From an uncultured Planctomyces sp. (GTDB taxonomy: Bacteria > Planctomycetota > Planctomycetia > Planctomycetales > Planctomycetaceae), in contig CALGTK010000232.1 in the NCBI GenBank assembly GCA_937904325.1, positions 1,172-65,171 on the forward strand: a stretch of DNA of 64,000 nt. The letters run 5' to 3'. The translations under genes were made by a program, and so were the position numbers. The notes under the pieces were generated by a model. It was not told the origin of the DNA, made no database searches, and saw only the letters and a program-made list of their open reading frames with translations. Position 1 is the first letter of the stretch. Each line of letters opens with the position of its first letter. Positions 10,274-21,867 of this stretch are shown here, piece after piece.

Positions 10274-10322
10274 ATTGATTCCGCGTCGATCAGTAATTGA
10301 GTCTGCTTGAGTTTTGGGCCGG

Positions 10323-11546
10323 CTAAGCCGCTTTCGAATCAGGCAATCCGAATGGGTAAGCGACGGTGCTCGGATTTCCGGCGTTAAGAGCCGTCGCGAA
10401 GCCGTCGACGACCCGGTCCTGCTGGCCGTTGGTCAGTTCGGAGAAAATTGGTAGAGACAGAACTTCGGCGGACGCTCTTTCGGCTTCAGGCAACTGACCC
10501 TGTTTATAGCCGAGACCCGCAAAGCATTCCTGAAGGTGCAGGGGCGTGGGGTAGTAAATTGCCGCTCCGATTTGTTGCTCACGCAGTGATTTCTGGACTT
10601 CGTCCCGGCGGCCTTCACCGACTCGCACAGTGAACTGGTTGTAGACATGCCGTCGGTCAGGTCTGGCCGAAGGCAGATCGATGCGGTCCGTCAGTTTTTG
10701 ACCTTCGCACAGCTCGGTGTACCGAGCTGCGTTGGCGATGCGGCCTTCGGTCCACTTTTCGAGATGTTGCAGCTTAACCCGAAGGACTGCGGCCTGGAGC
10801 GCGTCCAGCCGGCTGTTGAATCCGACTTCTTTGTGGGTGTAGCCACCGAGATCGCCGTGAACTCGCAGCCTACGCAGTTTCGCGGCAAGTGCTGGGTCAT
10901 CTGTGGTAATGATCCCACCGTCGCCTGCCGCTCCCAGATTCTTGGTCGGGAAGAAGCTGAAACAGCCCGTTCTTCCTAAAACACCGGCTCGACGTCCGTT
11001 GTAGGTCGCTCCAATGGCCTGGCAAGCGTCTTCAAACACGAACAGATTGTGGTTGAAGGCGATTCTCCATATAGGGTCCATGTCGGCACACTGGCCAAAA
11101 ATGTGGACCGGCATAATCGCTCGCGTTTTTGGAGTAATCGCGGCTTCGATCGCTTTCGGGTCGATGTTGTATGTGTCTGGTAAAATATCGACAAAAACGG
11201 GTGTCGCCCCGGTTCGACAGATTGCTCCGGCCGTCGCAAAGAACGTAAACGGCGAAGTGATGACTTCGTCGCCCGGGCCGATTTCCATCCCAATCAGCGA
11301 CAACAGCAGAGCATCTGATCCGGACGCGCAGCCGATAGCGTCGCGCGAATCGCAATACTCGGCGATTTCGAATTCAAGTTCGGCAACTTCGTCACCAAGT
11401 ACGAAAGCCTGATTTTCAAAAACCTGAGCGACCGCTGCGTTAATTTCGAGGCGGATCGTCTGAAATTGGGCTTTCAGATCGATAAACGGTACGGATTCAG
11501 GTGTGTTTGAGGATGACGGATTGCCCCCGGCCATCTGCGACTCCAT
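10323..11546 (-). CDS. DegT/DnrJ/EryC1/StrS family PLP-dependent aminotransferase
   Basis: Supporting sequences are [61 protein letters not shown] (PLP-Lys region) and YYPTPLHLQ. An alternative ATG lies at 11534. Confidence 0.9.
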   Translation of the reverse strand: MESQMAGGNPSSSNTPESVPFIDLKAQFQTIRLEINAAVAQVFENQAFVLGDEVAELEFEIAEYCDSRDAIGCASGSDALLLSLIGMEIGPGDEVITSPFTFFATAGAICRTGATPVFVDILPDTYNIDPKAIEAAITPKTRAIMPVHIFGQCADMDPIWRIAFNHNLFVFEDACQAIGATYNGRRAGVLGRTGCFSFFPTKNLGAAGDGGIITTDDPALAAKLRRLRVHGDLGGYTHKEVGFNSRLDALQAAVLRVKLQHLEKWTEGRIANAARYTELCEGQKLTDRIDLPSARPDRRHVYNQFTVRVGEGRRDEVQKSLREQQIGAAIYYPTPLHLQECFAGLGYKQGQLPEAERASAEVLSLPIFSELTNGQQDRVVDGFATALNAGNPSTVAYPFGLPDSKAA

Positions 11547-11917
11547 TCGCGACAGGAAAAGGTTGGTGCGGGAATTTACGAGCAGCCCCGAAAATGTGTC
11601 AATATGGCGATTTCTCGACCGTTAATTTGGCTGTTTTCTGCAGGAAATGTCGGCCGTTGTCGACGGCGTCACCTAAGTCGATCGACCGATTACCGAAAAA
11701 CGTGCAGGATAATCGAGACCGCGTTGTCGGAAATCATCGAACATTTTCAGAAGTCTTGTTGTTGGGTTCTACGGGAACCCCGATTTTAGCGACAGATTGC
11801 GATGCCGTCGTGAAGCTACGCGTCGTTTGCTAGCATCCGTGCTGCACTATTTCGATTTCGAGGAACAGTTTCATGCGTCGTTTACCTGGAATCCAACTCT
11901 CACGGAATTCGTTGACC

Positions 11918-12811
11918 ATGAGTCTGCGGATTCTGATGCCAGCCGTCATTGCAACGGTAGTCTGTGGAGCTGCGTTGAACGCTCGTGCGGACGTTTTCGA
12001 TGACCATACCGCGTACTGGATGAAGCGAGCGACGAGTGACGCAAAGCCTTTGGAATCTCTGACGATGCGGGATTCTCTTTCGTTGAAGAAGATCGGCCGC
12101 GGCATCAATTCACCGTGTATCGTCGTTCACACCGACAATGACAACTGGACTAAGGCACTCGTTACCTGGGGATTTCGAAAGGGTGTCAACGGCAGCCGCG
12201 TTCCTGTCGTACTGATCGAACGGTTTGTCAATTATCGAGGCGACAGACAGACCCTCACAACGTCAGCCGGTAAAGACATCATGCTGTTTCCTGGTTTCGG
12301 CTTTAATTTCGACATCGGACAGGTCGTCCCCGTGGGACAGGGTGAAGACATCCTCTGTGTGGCCGAAGGTGTTCTGAAGCCGACAGCTAAATCAAAACTC
12401 TTCGCTTTGGATGGACCGGCCACTCCGGCACCAGACCCTGCGCAACGTCCTGATCCGACATCTCACACAGGCGTCATTCCGACAGACTTTGCGGGTTCGT
12501 GGAAAGTGCGGATCGACGGTCGATGGGAAGGCATCTGGGAACTGGACGTGGAAGAACGCCGAGTGTTTGGTCGATTCATCTCCGACGAGACGAAAAGCGT
12601 TTACGAAATCGCCGGCAAGATCGCCGCGCTTCCTCACAACGCCAAGTTGAACATCGAGCTGGCGAACGCATCGCAGACAATCGACGCCTTTCTGTGGACG
12701 AAAGACAAATCGGCGATGGCTGGTTTCATGCTCATGGCTAATCGCAAGCTTGGTTTTTACGCAACTCGGATCAAACCTGAAGCTGCTACAGAAGACGACG
12801 CCAAGGAATAA
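11918..12811 (+). CDS. Secreted hypothetical protein
   Basis: The ORF is 297 aa from the ATG at 11918. It has a signal peptide (MSLRILMPAVIATVVCGAALNARA). I recognise no family. Confidence 0.6.
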   Translation: MSLRILMPAVIATVVCGAALNARADVFDDHTAYWMKRATSDAKPLESLTMRDSLSLKKIGRGINSPCIVVHTDNDNWTKALVTWGFRKGVNGSRVPVVLIERFVNYRGDRQTLTTSAGKDIMLFPGFGFNFDIGQVVPVGQGEDILCVAEGVLKPTAKSKLFALDGPATPAPDPAQRPDPTSHTGVIPTDFAGSWKVRIDGRWEGIWELDVEERRVFGRFISDETKSVYEIAGKIAALPHNAKLNIELANASQTIDAFLWTKDKSAMAGFMLMANRKLGFYATRIKPEAATEDDAKE

Positions 12812-12823
12812 GACAGCACGATC

Positions 12824-13759
12824 ATGAAAATTCTAATGGCCAACCCACGCGGATTCTGTGCCGGCGTCAACATGGCGATTGAGTGCCTGGATGAAGCGAT
12901 CCGTCGATTTGGCACCAACATCTACGTGTATCACGAGATTGTCCATAACCGGTATGTCGTCGATCGATTCACTCGGCAAGGGGTTAAGTTTGTCGACACT
13001 ATTGCAGAGGTGCCGGAAGGTTCGATCCTGCTTTACAGCGCTCACGGAGTCTCGCCGGAAATCCGACAGCAGTCGATAGAGCGAAAACTGCACACGATTG
13101 ATGCGACCTGCCCGCTCGTCACGAAGGTGCATCTCGAAGCGATCAAGTATGCCAAAGAGGGCTACAACATCGTGTTGATCGGCCACGAAGGTCACGACGA
13201 AGTGATTGGCACGATGGGTGAGGCTCCCGAAAGCATTACATTAGTGGAGACTCCGAGGGCAGTCGACGACTTGCCATTCGCCGATGACGCAAAGATCGCT
13301 TATCTGACTCAGACAACGCTGAGCGTTTCCGAAGCCGAAGCAATCATCAGCCGGCTGCGGCAAAGATTTCCGAACATCCACTGCCCACCCAAGGACGACA
13401 TCTGCTACGCCACGACCAACCGTCAGGAAGCAATCGACACTTTGGCGACTAAAGCCGACGCCGTGATCGTGCTCGGTAGCCAAAACAGTTCAAACAGTCG
13501 TCGTCTCATGGAACTGGGAGCGTCGCACGGTGCAAGGGCGTTTCTGATCGATGGCATTCACGAACTGCCCGACGACGCCTTGTCCGCCAGCGACACCGTT
13601 CTGATTTCAGCCGGAGCCAGCGCTCCCGAAGTTGTCGTGCAGGAGTGCGTTGATGCTCTTATCGAAAAGTACCAGGCAGAAGTTGAAAGTATCGTCGTCC
13701 GAGAAGAGCACGTCAGCTTCCCATTACCCAAAGAACTGCGGCTGATCACTGTTGATTGA
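12824..13759 (+). CDS. ispH: 4-hydroxy-3-methylbut-2-enyl diphosphate reductase
   Basis: The protein begins MKILMANPRGFCAGVNMAIE and contains ATCPLVTKVH and NSSNSRRL. It is a full-length IspH/LytB with three conserved Cys. Confidence 0.95.
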   Translation: MKILMANPRGFCAGVNMAIECLDEAIRRFGTNIYVYHEIVHNRYVVDRFTRQGVKFVDTIAEVPEGSILLYSAHGVSPEIRQQSIERKLHTIDATCPLVTKVHLEAIKYAKEGYNIVLIGHEGHDEVIGTMGEAPESITLVETPRAVDDLPFADDAKIAYLTQTTLSVSEAEAIISRLRQRFPNIHCPPKDDICYATTNRQEAIDTLATKADAVIVLGSQNSSNSRRLMELGASHGARAFLIDGIHELPDDALSASDTVLISAGASAPEVVVQECVDALIEKYQAEVESIVVREEHVSFPLPKELRLITVD

Positions 13760-13804
13760 AGAGCTAACCGTTGACTGAAAACTGTTTGAGAGCAAAGGCT
13801 CACT

Positions 13805-14596
13805 ATGCGACTGCTGGATCGTCTGGAACGGAAATTCAGACCTTACGCCGTGCCGAATGTGACCATAGTTATCATCATGGGGCAGGTGCTGGCGTTCATC
13901 CTGAGTCGGTCGAATGCAGAAATCGTCGAAAAGATGGAACTGGTCCCTCGTCTGGTAATGGATGGCGAAATCTGGCGGCTTGGCAGTTTCTGTTTCGTGC
14001 CACCGGACATACAACCGCTGTTCCTCTTTTTCGCGATGATGATCTTTTACAGGATGGGTTCCGCCCTTGAACAAATATGGGGCGCTGCTCGTTACAACCT
14101 CTTCCTGATTTGTGGCTACCTGACAACGGTCGCCGCTGCTTTTTTTGCCGCGTCGGCGGCGACGAACATGTTCATCGGGACGTCGGTGTTTCTGGCATTT
14201 GCGTGGCTGTACCCGAATCACGTCTTCTACATTATGTTTATTCTACCAGTAAAAGTCCGTTGGCTCGCTCTGCTGGCCTGGATTGGTTTGATTTATGGTC
14301 TGCTCATCGGCGACATGCAGACGAAGCTGTTTATTCTGGCCGGGATCACCAATTTCCTGCTCTTCTTCGGTCAGGAAGTCATCCTGCGCATCAGATCAAA
14401 AGGCCGTCAGATGCAGCGGACCGCAGAAATTGCTGCCGAAGCTGGCAAGCCAAAACATGAATGTGTCGTCTGCGGCGCGACCGACAAGTCAGACTCGACG
14501 CTCGAATTCCGATACTGCAGCAAGTGCGAAGGCGCTTTGTGCTATTGCGAAAACCATCTCCGCAACCATGATCATGTTGGCAACGTTGAGGCCTGA
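13805..14596 (+). CDS. Rhomboid-like polytopic membrane protein (possibly non-catalytic) with a C-terminal Cys/His zinc-finger tail
   Basis: GEIWRLGSFCF and GSALEQIWGAARYNLFLICGYL resemble rhomboid TM1-TM3 motifs, and GTSV sits where GxSG is expected. I found no clear catalytic His. The tail HECVVCG...RYCSKCEGALCYCENHLRNHDH is a cross-brace-like Zn finger. Confidence 0.6.
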   Translation: MRLLDRLERKFRPYAVPNVTIVIIMGQVLAFILSRSNAEIVEKMELVPRLVMDGEIWRLGSFCFVPPDIQPLFLFFAMMIFYRMGSALEQIWGAARYNLFLICGYLTTVAAAFFAASAATNMFIGTSVFLAFAWLYPNHVFYIMFILPVKVRWLALLAWIGLIYGLLIGDMQTKLFILAGITNFLLFFGQEVILRIRSKGRQMQRTAEIAAEAGKPKHECVVCGATDKSDSTLEFRYCSKCEGALCYCENHLRNHDHVGNVEA

Positions 14597-14616
14597 GTGG
14601 TTCGCGAGTTCACGGC

Positions 14617-15864
14617 ATGTCAGTCGACACTGTTCGCTTTGTCGCTGCGGCGAAATCATTCGAGAATTCATCACCAGGAACGGTCATCTTCATGCCTTAT
14701 GCCGCGAGCCTTTCTCAACTCGGCCCTACCGCAGACGCTGTCGAATCCGTCTGCGCAGAAGTTCTCAAACAACTGAATGGCGTAACGCCTGACCTCTCGT
14801 TCGTTTTCGTTTCTCACCACCACCGAGCAGCGTTTCACGAACTTGCCGAACTGATTCAGCAGCGGCTCAAGTCGAAAGTATTGCTTGGGTGCGCAGCCGA
14901 AACTGTCGCCGGCGGCGAACTGGAAATCGAAAACGAACCGGCTATGAGTTTGTGGTCAGCAGTGCTTCCGGAAACCAACCTGCTTCCGTTTCATCTGGAA
15001 TTCGAACGAACTCCAGATGGCATCGTCTCATCCGGATGGCCGACCGAATTTAAAGATCTGCAGGACGATATTCGAGCGGTATTCCTGCTGGGTGATCCCT
15101 TCTCAACAGCGATCGATCCAATCATCGAACGACTTAATACGGATCTTCCCGGAATACCATTAATCGGCGGTATGGCCAGTGGCGGACGCGGTCCCGGTGA
15201 GAACGCGTTGTTCCTCAATGGCAATCACGTCGGGTTTGGTGGCGTTGGCGTGATGGTTCAAGGCGGGCCGCAGATCGAGTCGGTTGTTTCGCAGGGTTGC
15301 CGCACAATCGGGCACAACTTCATCGTTACGAAGGCTGAAGATAACCTTGTTCAGGATCTCGGTGGTAAGCCAGCAATGGAGCGTCTGCAGGAAATTTTTG
15401 TTGATCTTCCCGAGCGCGATCAGGAACTCGTTCAACAGGGCCCGCACCTGGGCATCGTCATGAACGAGTACCAGGAAACGTTCGAAATGGGCGATTTCCT
15501 CATCTCAAACGTCGTCGGAGTCGACAAAGAATCCGGAGCCGTCGCAATTGGAAATCGGGTCCGAGTTGGTCAGACCGTCCGGTTTCACGTGCGGGATGCT
15601 CAGACCGCACACGAAGAGTTACACGCTCTTTTGACTCGATCCGTCGAGAATTCAGACGCTGCCCCCCGAGCAGCCCTACTGTTCAGCTGCAACGGCCGAG
15701 GCACGCGGTTATTCCCGGGAGCGAACCACGACGCCGGCTCGATTCAAAAGCGACTGAATACGGTACCGCTGACCGGTTTTTTCGCCCAGGGGGAACTCGG
15801 CCCGGTCGGCAAAACAAACTACATTCACGGATACACCGCGAGCATCGCAGTCTTCCGCGATTAG
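14617..15864 (+). CDS. FIST N/C domain sensory protein
   Basis: The ORF is 415 aa. The C-terminal LLFSCNGRGTRLF...LTGFFAQGELGPVG...HGYTASIAVF is the characteristic FIST_C ending. Confidence 0.85.
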   Translation: MSVDTVRFVAAAKSFENSSPGTVIFMPYAASLSQLGPTADAVESVCAEVLKQLNGVTPDLSFVFVSHHHRAAFHELAELIQQRLKSKVLLGCAAETVAGGELEIENEPAMSLWSAVLPETNLLPFHLEFERTPDGIVSSGWPTEFKDLQDDIRAVFLLGDPFSTAIDPIIERLNTDLPGIPLIGGMASGGRGPGENALFLNGNHVGFGGVGVMVQGGPQIESVVSQGCRTIGHNFIVTKAEDNLVQDLGGKPAMERLQEIFVDLPERDQELVQQGPHLGIVMNEYQETFEMGDFLISNVVGVDKESGAVAIGNRVRVGQTVRFHVRDAQTAHEELHALLTRSVENSDAAPRAALLFSCNGRGTRLFPGANHDAGSIQKRLNTVPLTGFFAQGELGPVGKTNYIHGYTASIAVFRD

Positions 15865-15937
15865 CGATCCAATTTGAATCGACCTTTAAAAAAACGTAGA
15901 GGGTGTCTTGACTCGCCTGCCGATTGAGTAGCGTTGT

Positions 15938-15955
15938 GGTGCGTCGAGGCGCACC
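15938..15955. repeat. Short GC-rich hairpin GGTGCG-TCGAGG-CGCACC(CT)
   Basis: This 6-bp stem sits in the FIST/prlC intergenic region. It has the same GGTG.G...C.CACC architecture as the hairpins at 40765 and 63429. Confidence 0.3.
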
Positions 15956-16029
15956 CTGCAAAGATGCTCTGAATTACGAATCTGCAATCCATCAACGGAT
16001 TATGAATTACGAGAGAAGGATGCTCATTC

Positions 16030-18171
16030 ATGACGGATCAGCCTGAAGCAACCGCGGACCTCACCGATAACCCTCTGCTCTGCGCCGAGGGGTTGCCGAA
16101 GTTTGACAAGATCAAACCAGAACACGTAGTGCCGGCTGTTAAAAAGTTGCTGGCTGATGCTGAGCAGTCGTTGTCGGCTCTCGAGGAATCAATCGAGCCA
16201 ACCTGGGACGGCTGTTTCGCAAAACTGGAAGAAATCGATCGTCCGTTTGAGTACGCATGGGGGCCGGTGTCGCATCTGTTCGGTGTGAAGAACTCGCCCG
16301 AACTTCGCGAAGCCTACGAATCCGTCCTTGATGACGTAGTGCAACTTGGACTGCGAGCGTCGCAAAGTCGTCCGATCTACGAAGCGTGCGTCGCGATTCG
16401 AAACGGAAGCGACTGGGATAACCTCTCCCCAACTCGGCAGCGTATTGTCGAAAAAAAGATTCAATCGGCCGAACTTTCAGGCATCGGTCTGGAAGGTGTG
16501 CCGCAGGAACGCTTCAACGAAATCGCTCAAGAGCTTTCTCAACTAAGCACCACGTTTTCGAACAACGTTCTGGACGCGACGAAACTGTTCGAGTTGGTTC
16601 TCACTGAGCAAAGCGACGTGGACGGCCTACCGGAAAGCGCTCTCGCGATGGCTGCTCAGTCATTTAATCAGAAACAGTCTGAGCGTGTCGCAGAATCTGG
16701 TGACGACCCCCAATCTGTGGACGAGGCGATACCGGATTCAGGCCCGTGGAGATTCACACTTGACGGCCCCAGCTTCCTGCCGTTCATGCAGCATTGCCGC
16801 CGTAGCGAACTTCGCGAGCAACTTTACCGGGCATTTATCACTCGAGCCTCGGATGGTGATTTCGACAACGAACAGAACATCAATCGAATCCTTTCACTGC
16901 GACAGGAAAAGTCTGAGTTGCTCGGGTTTAATAACTTTGCCGAGATAAGCCTTGCCCGAAAAATGGCTCCGAGTGTCGCCGCCGTCGAAGAAATGTTCGA
17001 AACGCTGCGGTCAGCATCGTGGGATGCCGCTGCAGTAGACATCGAAGAAATTCAAGCGCGTGCCAGGTCCGAAGGCGAAGCTGAAGAGCTGAAACACTGG
17101 GACGTCGCATTCTGGGCAGAACGCCTTCGCGAAAAGAAGTTTGACTATACCGACGAAGAATTGCGGCCGTACTTTCCGCTCGAGAAGGTATTGGCAGGAA
17201 TGTTCGATCTGGTCAAACGGATCTTTGGCATCAAGGTTCGACAATCTGAAACCGCCCCCGTCTGGCACGAAGACGTTCGTTACTTCGAAGTGCTCGACAG
17301 CGACGGTTCAAACATCGCAGCGTTCTATCTTGATCCCTACTCACGACCGGAAAACAAACGCGGCGGAGCGTGGATGGATGATTGCCTTGGTCGAAAGTTG
17401 ATCGGCAGCGACGTTCAACTTCCGGTTGCTCACCTCGTTTGTAACAGCACGCCGCCGGTTGGTGACAAACCGTCGCTCATGACATTTCGAGAAGTCGAAA
17501 CCTTGTTTCACGAATTCGGTCACGGTCTGCAGCACATGTTGACCACGATCGACGAAGCCGATGCGGCAGGCATCAGCGGTGTGGAGTGGGACGCGGTCGA
17601 GCTGCCAAGTCAGTTCATGGAAAACTGGTGCTACCACAAGCCAACCGTCGCCAGCATTTCAGGCCACTATGAAACTGGTGAGCCGCTGCCGGATGAATTG
17701 TTCGAAAAACTCAAAGCGTCGCGGACGTTCCGATCCGGCTCGATGATGCTGCGTCAGTTGACGTTTGGTATGACCGACATGCTACTTCACGGCGGCTTCA
17801 AACCACCGCAAGAAGGCGACAATTCGGGCGAGACAGTCTTCGATGTTCAACGAAAAGTCATCGAGAAAACATCCGTCCTGCCGATGCTGCAGGAAGACAG
17901 AATGCTTTGCGCGTTCTCACATATCTTCTCAGGCGGATACGCAGCCGGATACTACAGTTACAAGTGGGCGGAAGTTTTGAGCGCAGACGCCTTCAGCGCG
18001 TTTGAAGAAGCGGGACTCGATGACGAAGAGGCTGTCGCGAAAGTTGGCCGTCGATTCCGCGATACGGTACTGGCCCTTGGCGGCAGTCGGCACCCAATGG
18101 ACATTTTCAGCGAATTCCGTGGTCGGGAACCGGATCCAGCTCCACTGCTTCGCCACAGCGGACTTGCATGA
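16030..18171 (+). CDS. prlC: Oligopeptidase A (M3 family zinc metallopeptidase)
   Basis: The ORF is 713 aa. It contains the HEFGH zinc motif (LFHEFGHGLQHM) and M3A-typical flanks. Confidence 0.93.
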   Translation: MTDQPEATADLTDNPLLCAEGLPKFDKIKPEHVVPAVKKLLADAEQSLSALEESIEPTWDGCFAKLEEIDRPFEYAWGPVSHLFGVKNSPELREAYESVLDDVVQLGLRASQSRPIYEACVAIRNGSDWDNLSPTRQRIVEKKIQSAELSGIGLEGVPQERFNEIAQELSQLSTTFSNNVLDATKLFELVLTEQSDVDGLPESALAMAAQSFNQKQSERVAESGDDPQSVDEAIPDSGPWRFTLDGPSFLPFMQHCRRSELREQLYRAFITRASDGDFDNEQNINRILSLRQEKSELLGFNNFAEISLARKMAPSVAAVEEMFETLRSASWDAAAVDIEEIQARARSEGEAEELKHWDVAFWAERLREKKFDYTDEELRPYFPLEKVLAGMFDLVKRIFGIKVRQSETAPVWHEDVRYFEVLDSDGSNIAAFYLDPYSRPENKRGGAWMDDCLGRKLIGSDVQLPVAHLVCNSTPPVGDKPSLMTFREVETLFHEFGHGLQHMLTTIDEADAAGISGVEWDAVELPSQFMENWCYHKPTVASISGHYETGEPLPDELFEKLKASRTFRSGSMMLRQLTFGMTDMLLHGGFKPPQEGDNSGETVFDVQRKVIEKTSVLPMLQEDRMLCAFSHIFSGGYAAGYYSYKWAEVLSADAFSAFEEAGLDDEEAVAKVGRRFRDTVLALGGSRHPMDIFSEFRGREPDPAPLLRHSGLA

Positions 18172-18283
18172 CCCCTTCGGTCATTTATTGCCACAACGTT
18201 TTGAAACCTCGGTCTCCCGTATCGGGTACACTGTTTCGCTTAAGTGACTCGCCATCGAATCGTGACGTCAAAATCAGTAGCCC

Positions 18284-19546
18284 GTGGACAACAAAGTTGT
18301 GGTGCAATCTGATATGTTGCAGACAGTCCCAACTGCCAATCCATCAGATGGTGATGGACCGGAAGTCTCCTTCGAAGAGGCTCCCCCAGAGCTGATTGCC
18401 GAGCGCGACGGCGTCGATGTGACTTCGTACCGTCTGCCGCCGCACCCGCCGATTTTGAAGCATCCGATCAAAGCGTTCTTCTGGTTCGTGAGAGCGTGCT
18501 TCGGAATCGTCAGCCTGGTACTTATCCTGGCCGTCATTGCCGCGATTCCGGTCGTGAATTTTCTGGCACTGGGGTACCTGCTCGAAGTCGAAGGCCGAGT
18601 CGCTCGAACTGGCAAACTGCGAAATGCTTTTTTGCTGCTCGACGTTGCGCCGCGGTTCGGGGCGATCGCTCTGGGAATCTGGCTATGGATCATCCCGCTT
18701 CGCTTGATCGCGACGATGAGAGGCGACGTTGCGTTTCTTGACCCGGGAGGTAATGCAGAGCAGTTTCTGAACGCGTTTGCCCCGTTCTTGGCCACGCTGG
18801 TTGCAGGACATCTCAGTCTGGCACTCGCGCGAGGCGGCAGTCTGAGTTGCTTCTTCCGGCCCATCAAGAATATCCGCTGGCTGATGAAACGCTGGCATTC
18901 GGGTGACTACATGGCTTATGCGACGGCCGGTGTGCAGGACATTCTTTTACGACTGCGACTGCGGCACCATTTCTGGCTGGGCGTTCGCGGCTTTACAGGA
19001 GCCATGATCTGGCTGGTAATTCCGACTGCCCTGTTCGCCAGCGCGAGGCCCGACAACGGCGGGACAATCCTGTTGTCCATAATCGGAGGGCTTGGTCTGG
19101 TTGTTGTTTTCAGTTGGCTGCCTTTCATGCAGGCTCGATTTGCCATGACGGGCGAATGGCGAGACATGTTTGACCGCCACGCAATCAAGCAATTGTATCG
19201 CCAAACGCCGCTCGCCTGGTTCATGGCAATCGCCACCGTTTATGTCATGGCATTGCCGCTGTACCTGCCCAAGGTTTATCTGCTCCCCAGCGATGCCATG
19301 TGGCTGGTGACGATCGTCTTTATCGTGACAATCTATCCCGCTCGTGTTCTGACGGGCTGGGTGGTTTATCGAGCAACGCATTCAGAGGCTCAGTCGTGGT
19401 TCGGCTGGCGCTGGCTGAGCCGGACCCTCACAGTGCCTCTGCTGGCACTGTACGTCTTCCTGCTCTTCTTCACACCGCTGATCGGTGAGCATGGCAAAGG
19501 CGTCCTCTTCGAGCATCACGCCTTGCTGCTTCCCGTGCCGTTCTGA
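18284..19546 (+). CDS. Polytopic membrane protein of unknown function
   Basis: The 420-aa ORF has about 8 or more hydrophobic helices. The track start at 18284 is a GTG and the first ATG is at 18314. The family is not recognised with certainty. Confidence 0.7.
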   Translation: MDNKVVVQSDMLQTVPTANPSDGDGPEVSFEEAPPELIAERDGVDVTSYRLPPHPPILKHPIKAFFWFVRACFGIVSLVLILAVIAAIPVVNFLALGYLLEVEGRVARTGKLRNAFLLLDVAPRFGAIALGIWLWIIPLRLIATMRGDVAFLDPGGNAEQFLNAFAPFLATLVAGHLSLALARGGSLSCFFRPIKNIRWLMKRWHSGDYMAYATAGVQDILLRLRLRHHFWLGVRGFTGAMIWLVIPTALFASARPDNGGTILLSIIGGLGLVVVFSWLPFMQARFAMTGEWRDMFDRHAIKQLYRQTPLAWFMAIATVYVMALPLYLPKVYLLPSDAMWLVTIVFIVTIYPARVLTGWVVYRATHSEAQSWFGWRWLSRTLTVPLLALYVFLLFFTPLIGEHGKGVLFEHHALLLPVPF

Positions 19547-19656
19547 TCCAACGCGTCCCACCGGCTTCGCGCCGGCGTGCAAGCGTGACAGAATGCCGCG
19601 TCGACGAACTCGTTCGTCAAACATTTGCCACAGCCGAAGCAGGACGCCGCCGAACC

Positions 19657-20760
19657 ATGAAGATTACACGCATCGCTGCCTACCGGGTCGAACTTCCTCT
19701 GCACGAAGGCAGCTATAAATGGTCTGGGGGAAAGTCGGTCGACGTTTTTGACAGCACGATTGTTCGAGTCGAGACGGACGAAGGTGTAGTCGGCCACGGC
19801 GAAGTATGTCCGCTCGGACCGTTCTACCTGCCAGCATACGCAGCCGGAGTTCGAGCCGGAATCGCGGAACTGGCTCCGCACCTGATCGGACAGGACGCGA
19901 CGGAACTCGGCAAGCTGAACCAACTCATGGACGCAGCCATGAAGGGACATCCGTACGTGAAATCGGGAATCGATATCGCGTGCTGGGATATCCTCGGGCA
20001 GGTTTCCGGAGTCCCCGTTTGCACATTGCTCGGCGGCCGCTGGGGCGACGACTTCGTTCTTTACCGAGCGATTTCGCAGCAGTCTCCGGAAGAGATGGCG
20101 AAAAACGTCACTGCCTATCGCGACGAAGGTTACCGCCGATTCCAACTGAAAGTTGGCGGCGACCCGAACGAGGACATCGCGAGAATTCATGCGGTTGCAG
20201 AAACGCTGAAACCCGGTGACAAGCTGGTCGCTGATGCGAATACCGGATGGTTAATGCACGAAGCCGCTCGCGTTGTGCGGGGCGTCAAAGACGTCGACGT
20301 CTACATTGAGCAACCGTGCGTCAGCTACGAAGAATGCCTTTCCATCCGAGAACGAACCGACCACCCGTTCGTGATGGACGAGGTCATCGACGGAATGGAT
20401 ACTCTGCTGAAGCTGCACTCCGACCGTGCGGCTGACGTCGTCAACATAAAGATCAGCAAGTTCGGCGGCCTGACCAAGGCACGACAGGCTCGCGATCTGT
20501 GCGTTTCGCTGGGTATTGCGATGACCATCGAAGATAGCTGGGGAGGCGACATCACGACCGCCGCAATTGCCCACCTGGCTCACAGCACGCCGACTGAATT
20601 TCTGTTCACATCAACCGACTTCAACAGCTACGTCACGGTTAGCAACGCCGAAGGCGCACCGCAGCGAATCAACGGTCGCATGTCTGCCTCGAAAGCACCG
20701 GGACTGGGCGTGCAACCCCGCTTTGACATCCTGGGCGAACCGCTCGTCGATGTTTCTTAA
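19657..20760 (+). CDS. Enolase-superfamily enzyme (mandelate racemase/muconate lactonizing family)
   Basis: The protein begins [15 protein letters not shown] and contains [26 protein letters not shown] and MDEV (the metal-ligand D/E/D pattern). The ATG at 19657 gives the canonical N-terminus. Confidence 0.9.
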   Translation: MKITRIAAYRVELPLHEGSYKWSGGKSVDVFDSTIVRVETDEGVVGHGEVCPLGPFYLPAYAAGVRAGIAELAPHLIGQDATELGKLNQLMDAAMKGHPYVKSGIDIACWDILGQVSGVPVCTLLGGRWGDDFVLYRAISQQSPEEMAKNVTAYRDEGYRRFQLKVGGDPNEDIARIHAVAETLKPGDKLVADANTGWLMHEAARVVRGVKDVDVYIEQPCVSYEECLSIRERTDHPFVMDEVIDGMDTLLKLHSDRAADVVNIKISKFGGLTKARQARDLCVSLGIAMTIEDSWGGDITTAAIAHLAHSTPTEFLFTSTDFNSYVTVSNAEGAPQRINGRMSASKAPGLGVQPRFDILGEPLVDVS

Positions 20761-21656
20761 CCCGCCGACTGGTGGACATGGACGTCCTGCGTTGGATACG
20801 GGATATTGAAACCTCGCTCGTCGAAGCCAAGTTTCACTCGCTCGTTTAAGTCCCACAGCACGGCCCAGTAGTCAGCCGCGTTAACCCACGGGCGAACGAC
20901 AAAATTGACACTGCTGTCTCCGAGTTCGGACACAGCAACGACTGGAGCTGGATCGTTAAGGATCCGTTCGTCCGTCTCGACGAGAATTGTGAGAAAGGCT
21001 TTGACGGCTCGCAGGTCATCTCCGTATCCACAACCAACGACCATGTCGATTCGCCGAGTGGGCTTGGCGGAATAGTTGATGATGTTGCCACCGTAGATCG
21101 ATCCATTTGGCACGATAATCTGCTTATTGTCGCCAGTCTTCATCAGCGTGCTGAAGATGCTGATTTCTTCGACCGTCCCTGCGACGCCGCCTGCTTCAAC
21201 GAAATCGTCGACTCGAAACGGCTTGAACAGAATAATCATCACACCTGACGCAAAGTTTGACAGTGAACTCTGAAGTGCAAGACCGACAGCCAGTCCGGCA
21301 GCACCCATGATTGCTGCCAGCGAGGTTGTGTCGACGCCCAGACTTTCCAGTGCCATCAGGATTACAAATGTGATCAGCACATAGTGAGCAATGTTCGATA
21401 GAAAGCTCGATAGCGTCGTGTCGACCTTTGCTCGGACCATCACTTTCTCGAGCAGGCTCGTCAGAATTCGGACGACGACCTTCCCGACAAGATAAATCGC
21501 AATCGCCGCGAGTACGTTTCCAGCGAAAGCTGCCAGCTTCTCTGGGTCCGTGAATTCCTGAGAAAATTCCTGGATGGACTGCAGTAGAGTTTTGGGTTTT
21601 TCGGCTGCTGAGTCCGTTGCGCCAGTCGCCTGAGCAAGTATAAAGAGACCGTTCAT
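20757..21656 (-). CDS. Small-conductance mechanosensitive channel (MscS family)
   Basis: The ORF is 299 aa. Three N-terminal TM segments are followed by [45 protein letters not shown], the MscS beta domain. Its stop overlaps the convergent upstream gene stop (TTAA at 20757-20760). Confidence 0.9.
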   Translation of the reverse strand: MNGLFILAQATGATDSAAEKPKTLLQSIQEFSQEFTDPEKLAAFAGNVLAAIAIYLVGKVVVRILTSLLEKVMVRAKVDTTLSSFLSNIAHYVLITFVILMALESLGVDTTSLAAIMGAAGLAVGLALQSSLSNFASGVMIILFKPFRVDDFVEAGGVAGTVEEISIFSTLMKTGDNKQIIVPNGSIYGGNIINYSAKPTRRIDMVVGCGYGDDLRAVKAFLTILVETDERILNDPAPVVAVSELGDSSVNFVVRPWVNAADYWAVLWDLNERVKLGFDERGFNIPYPTQDVHVHQSAG

Positions 21657-21867
21657 TGTTCACTCCTGATGGCAAAAGAGCATCTACTTCAAAACCCGAT
21701 AAATGTGAATAATCCAGGGGAGCAGAACGCGTGTCATCTGAAAGTGTCAATACGAATTCCAATTCGTGGCGGATCGCCGACTGATGGATGGTTTGTGACT
21801 CGGCTGCTATAACGACGAGGCTCGCAGAATCAGCGGCTCATCAGACAGCCACGCCAAAGGACATTCA

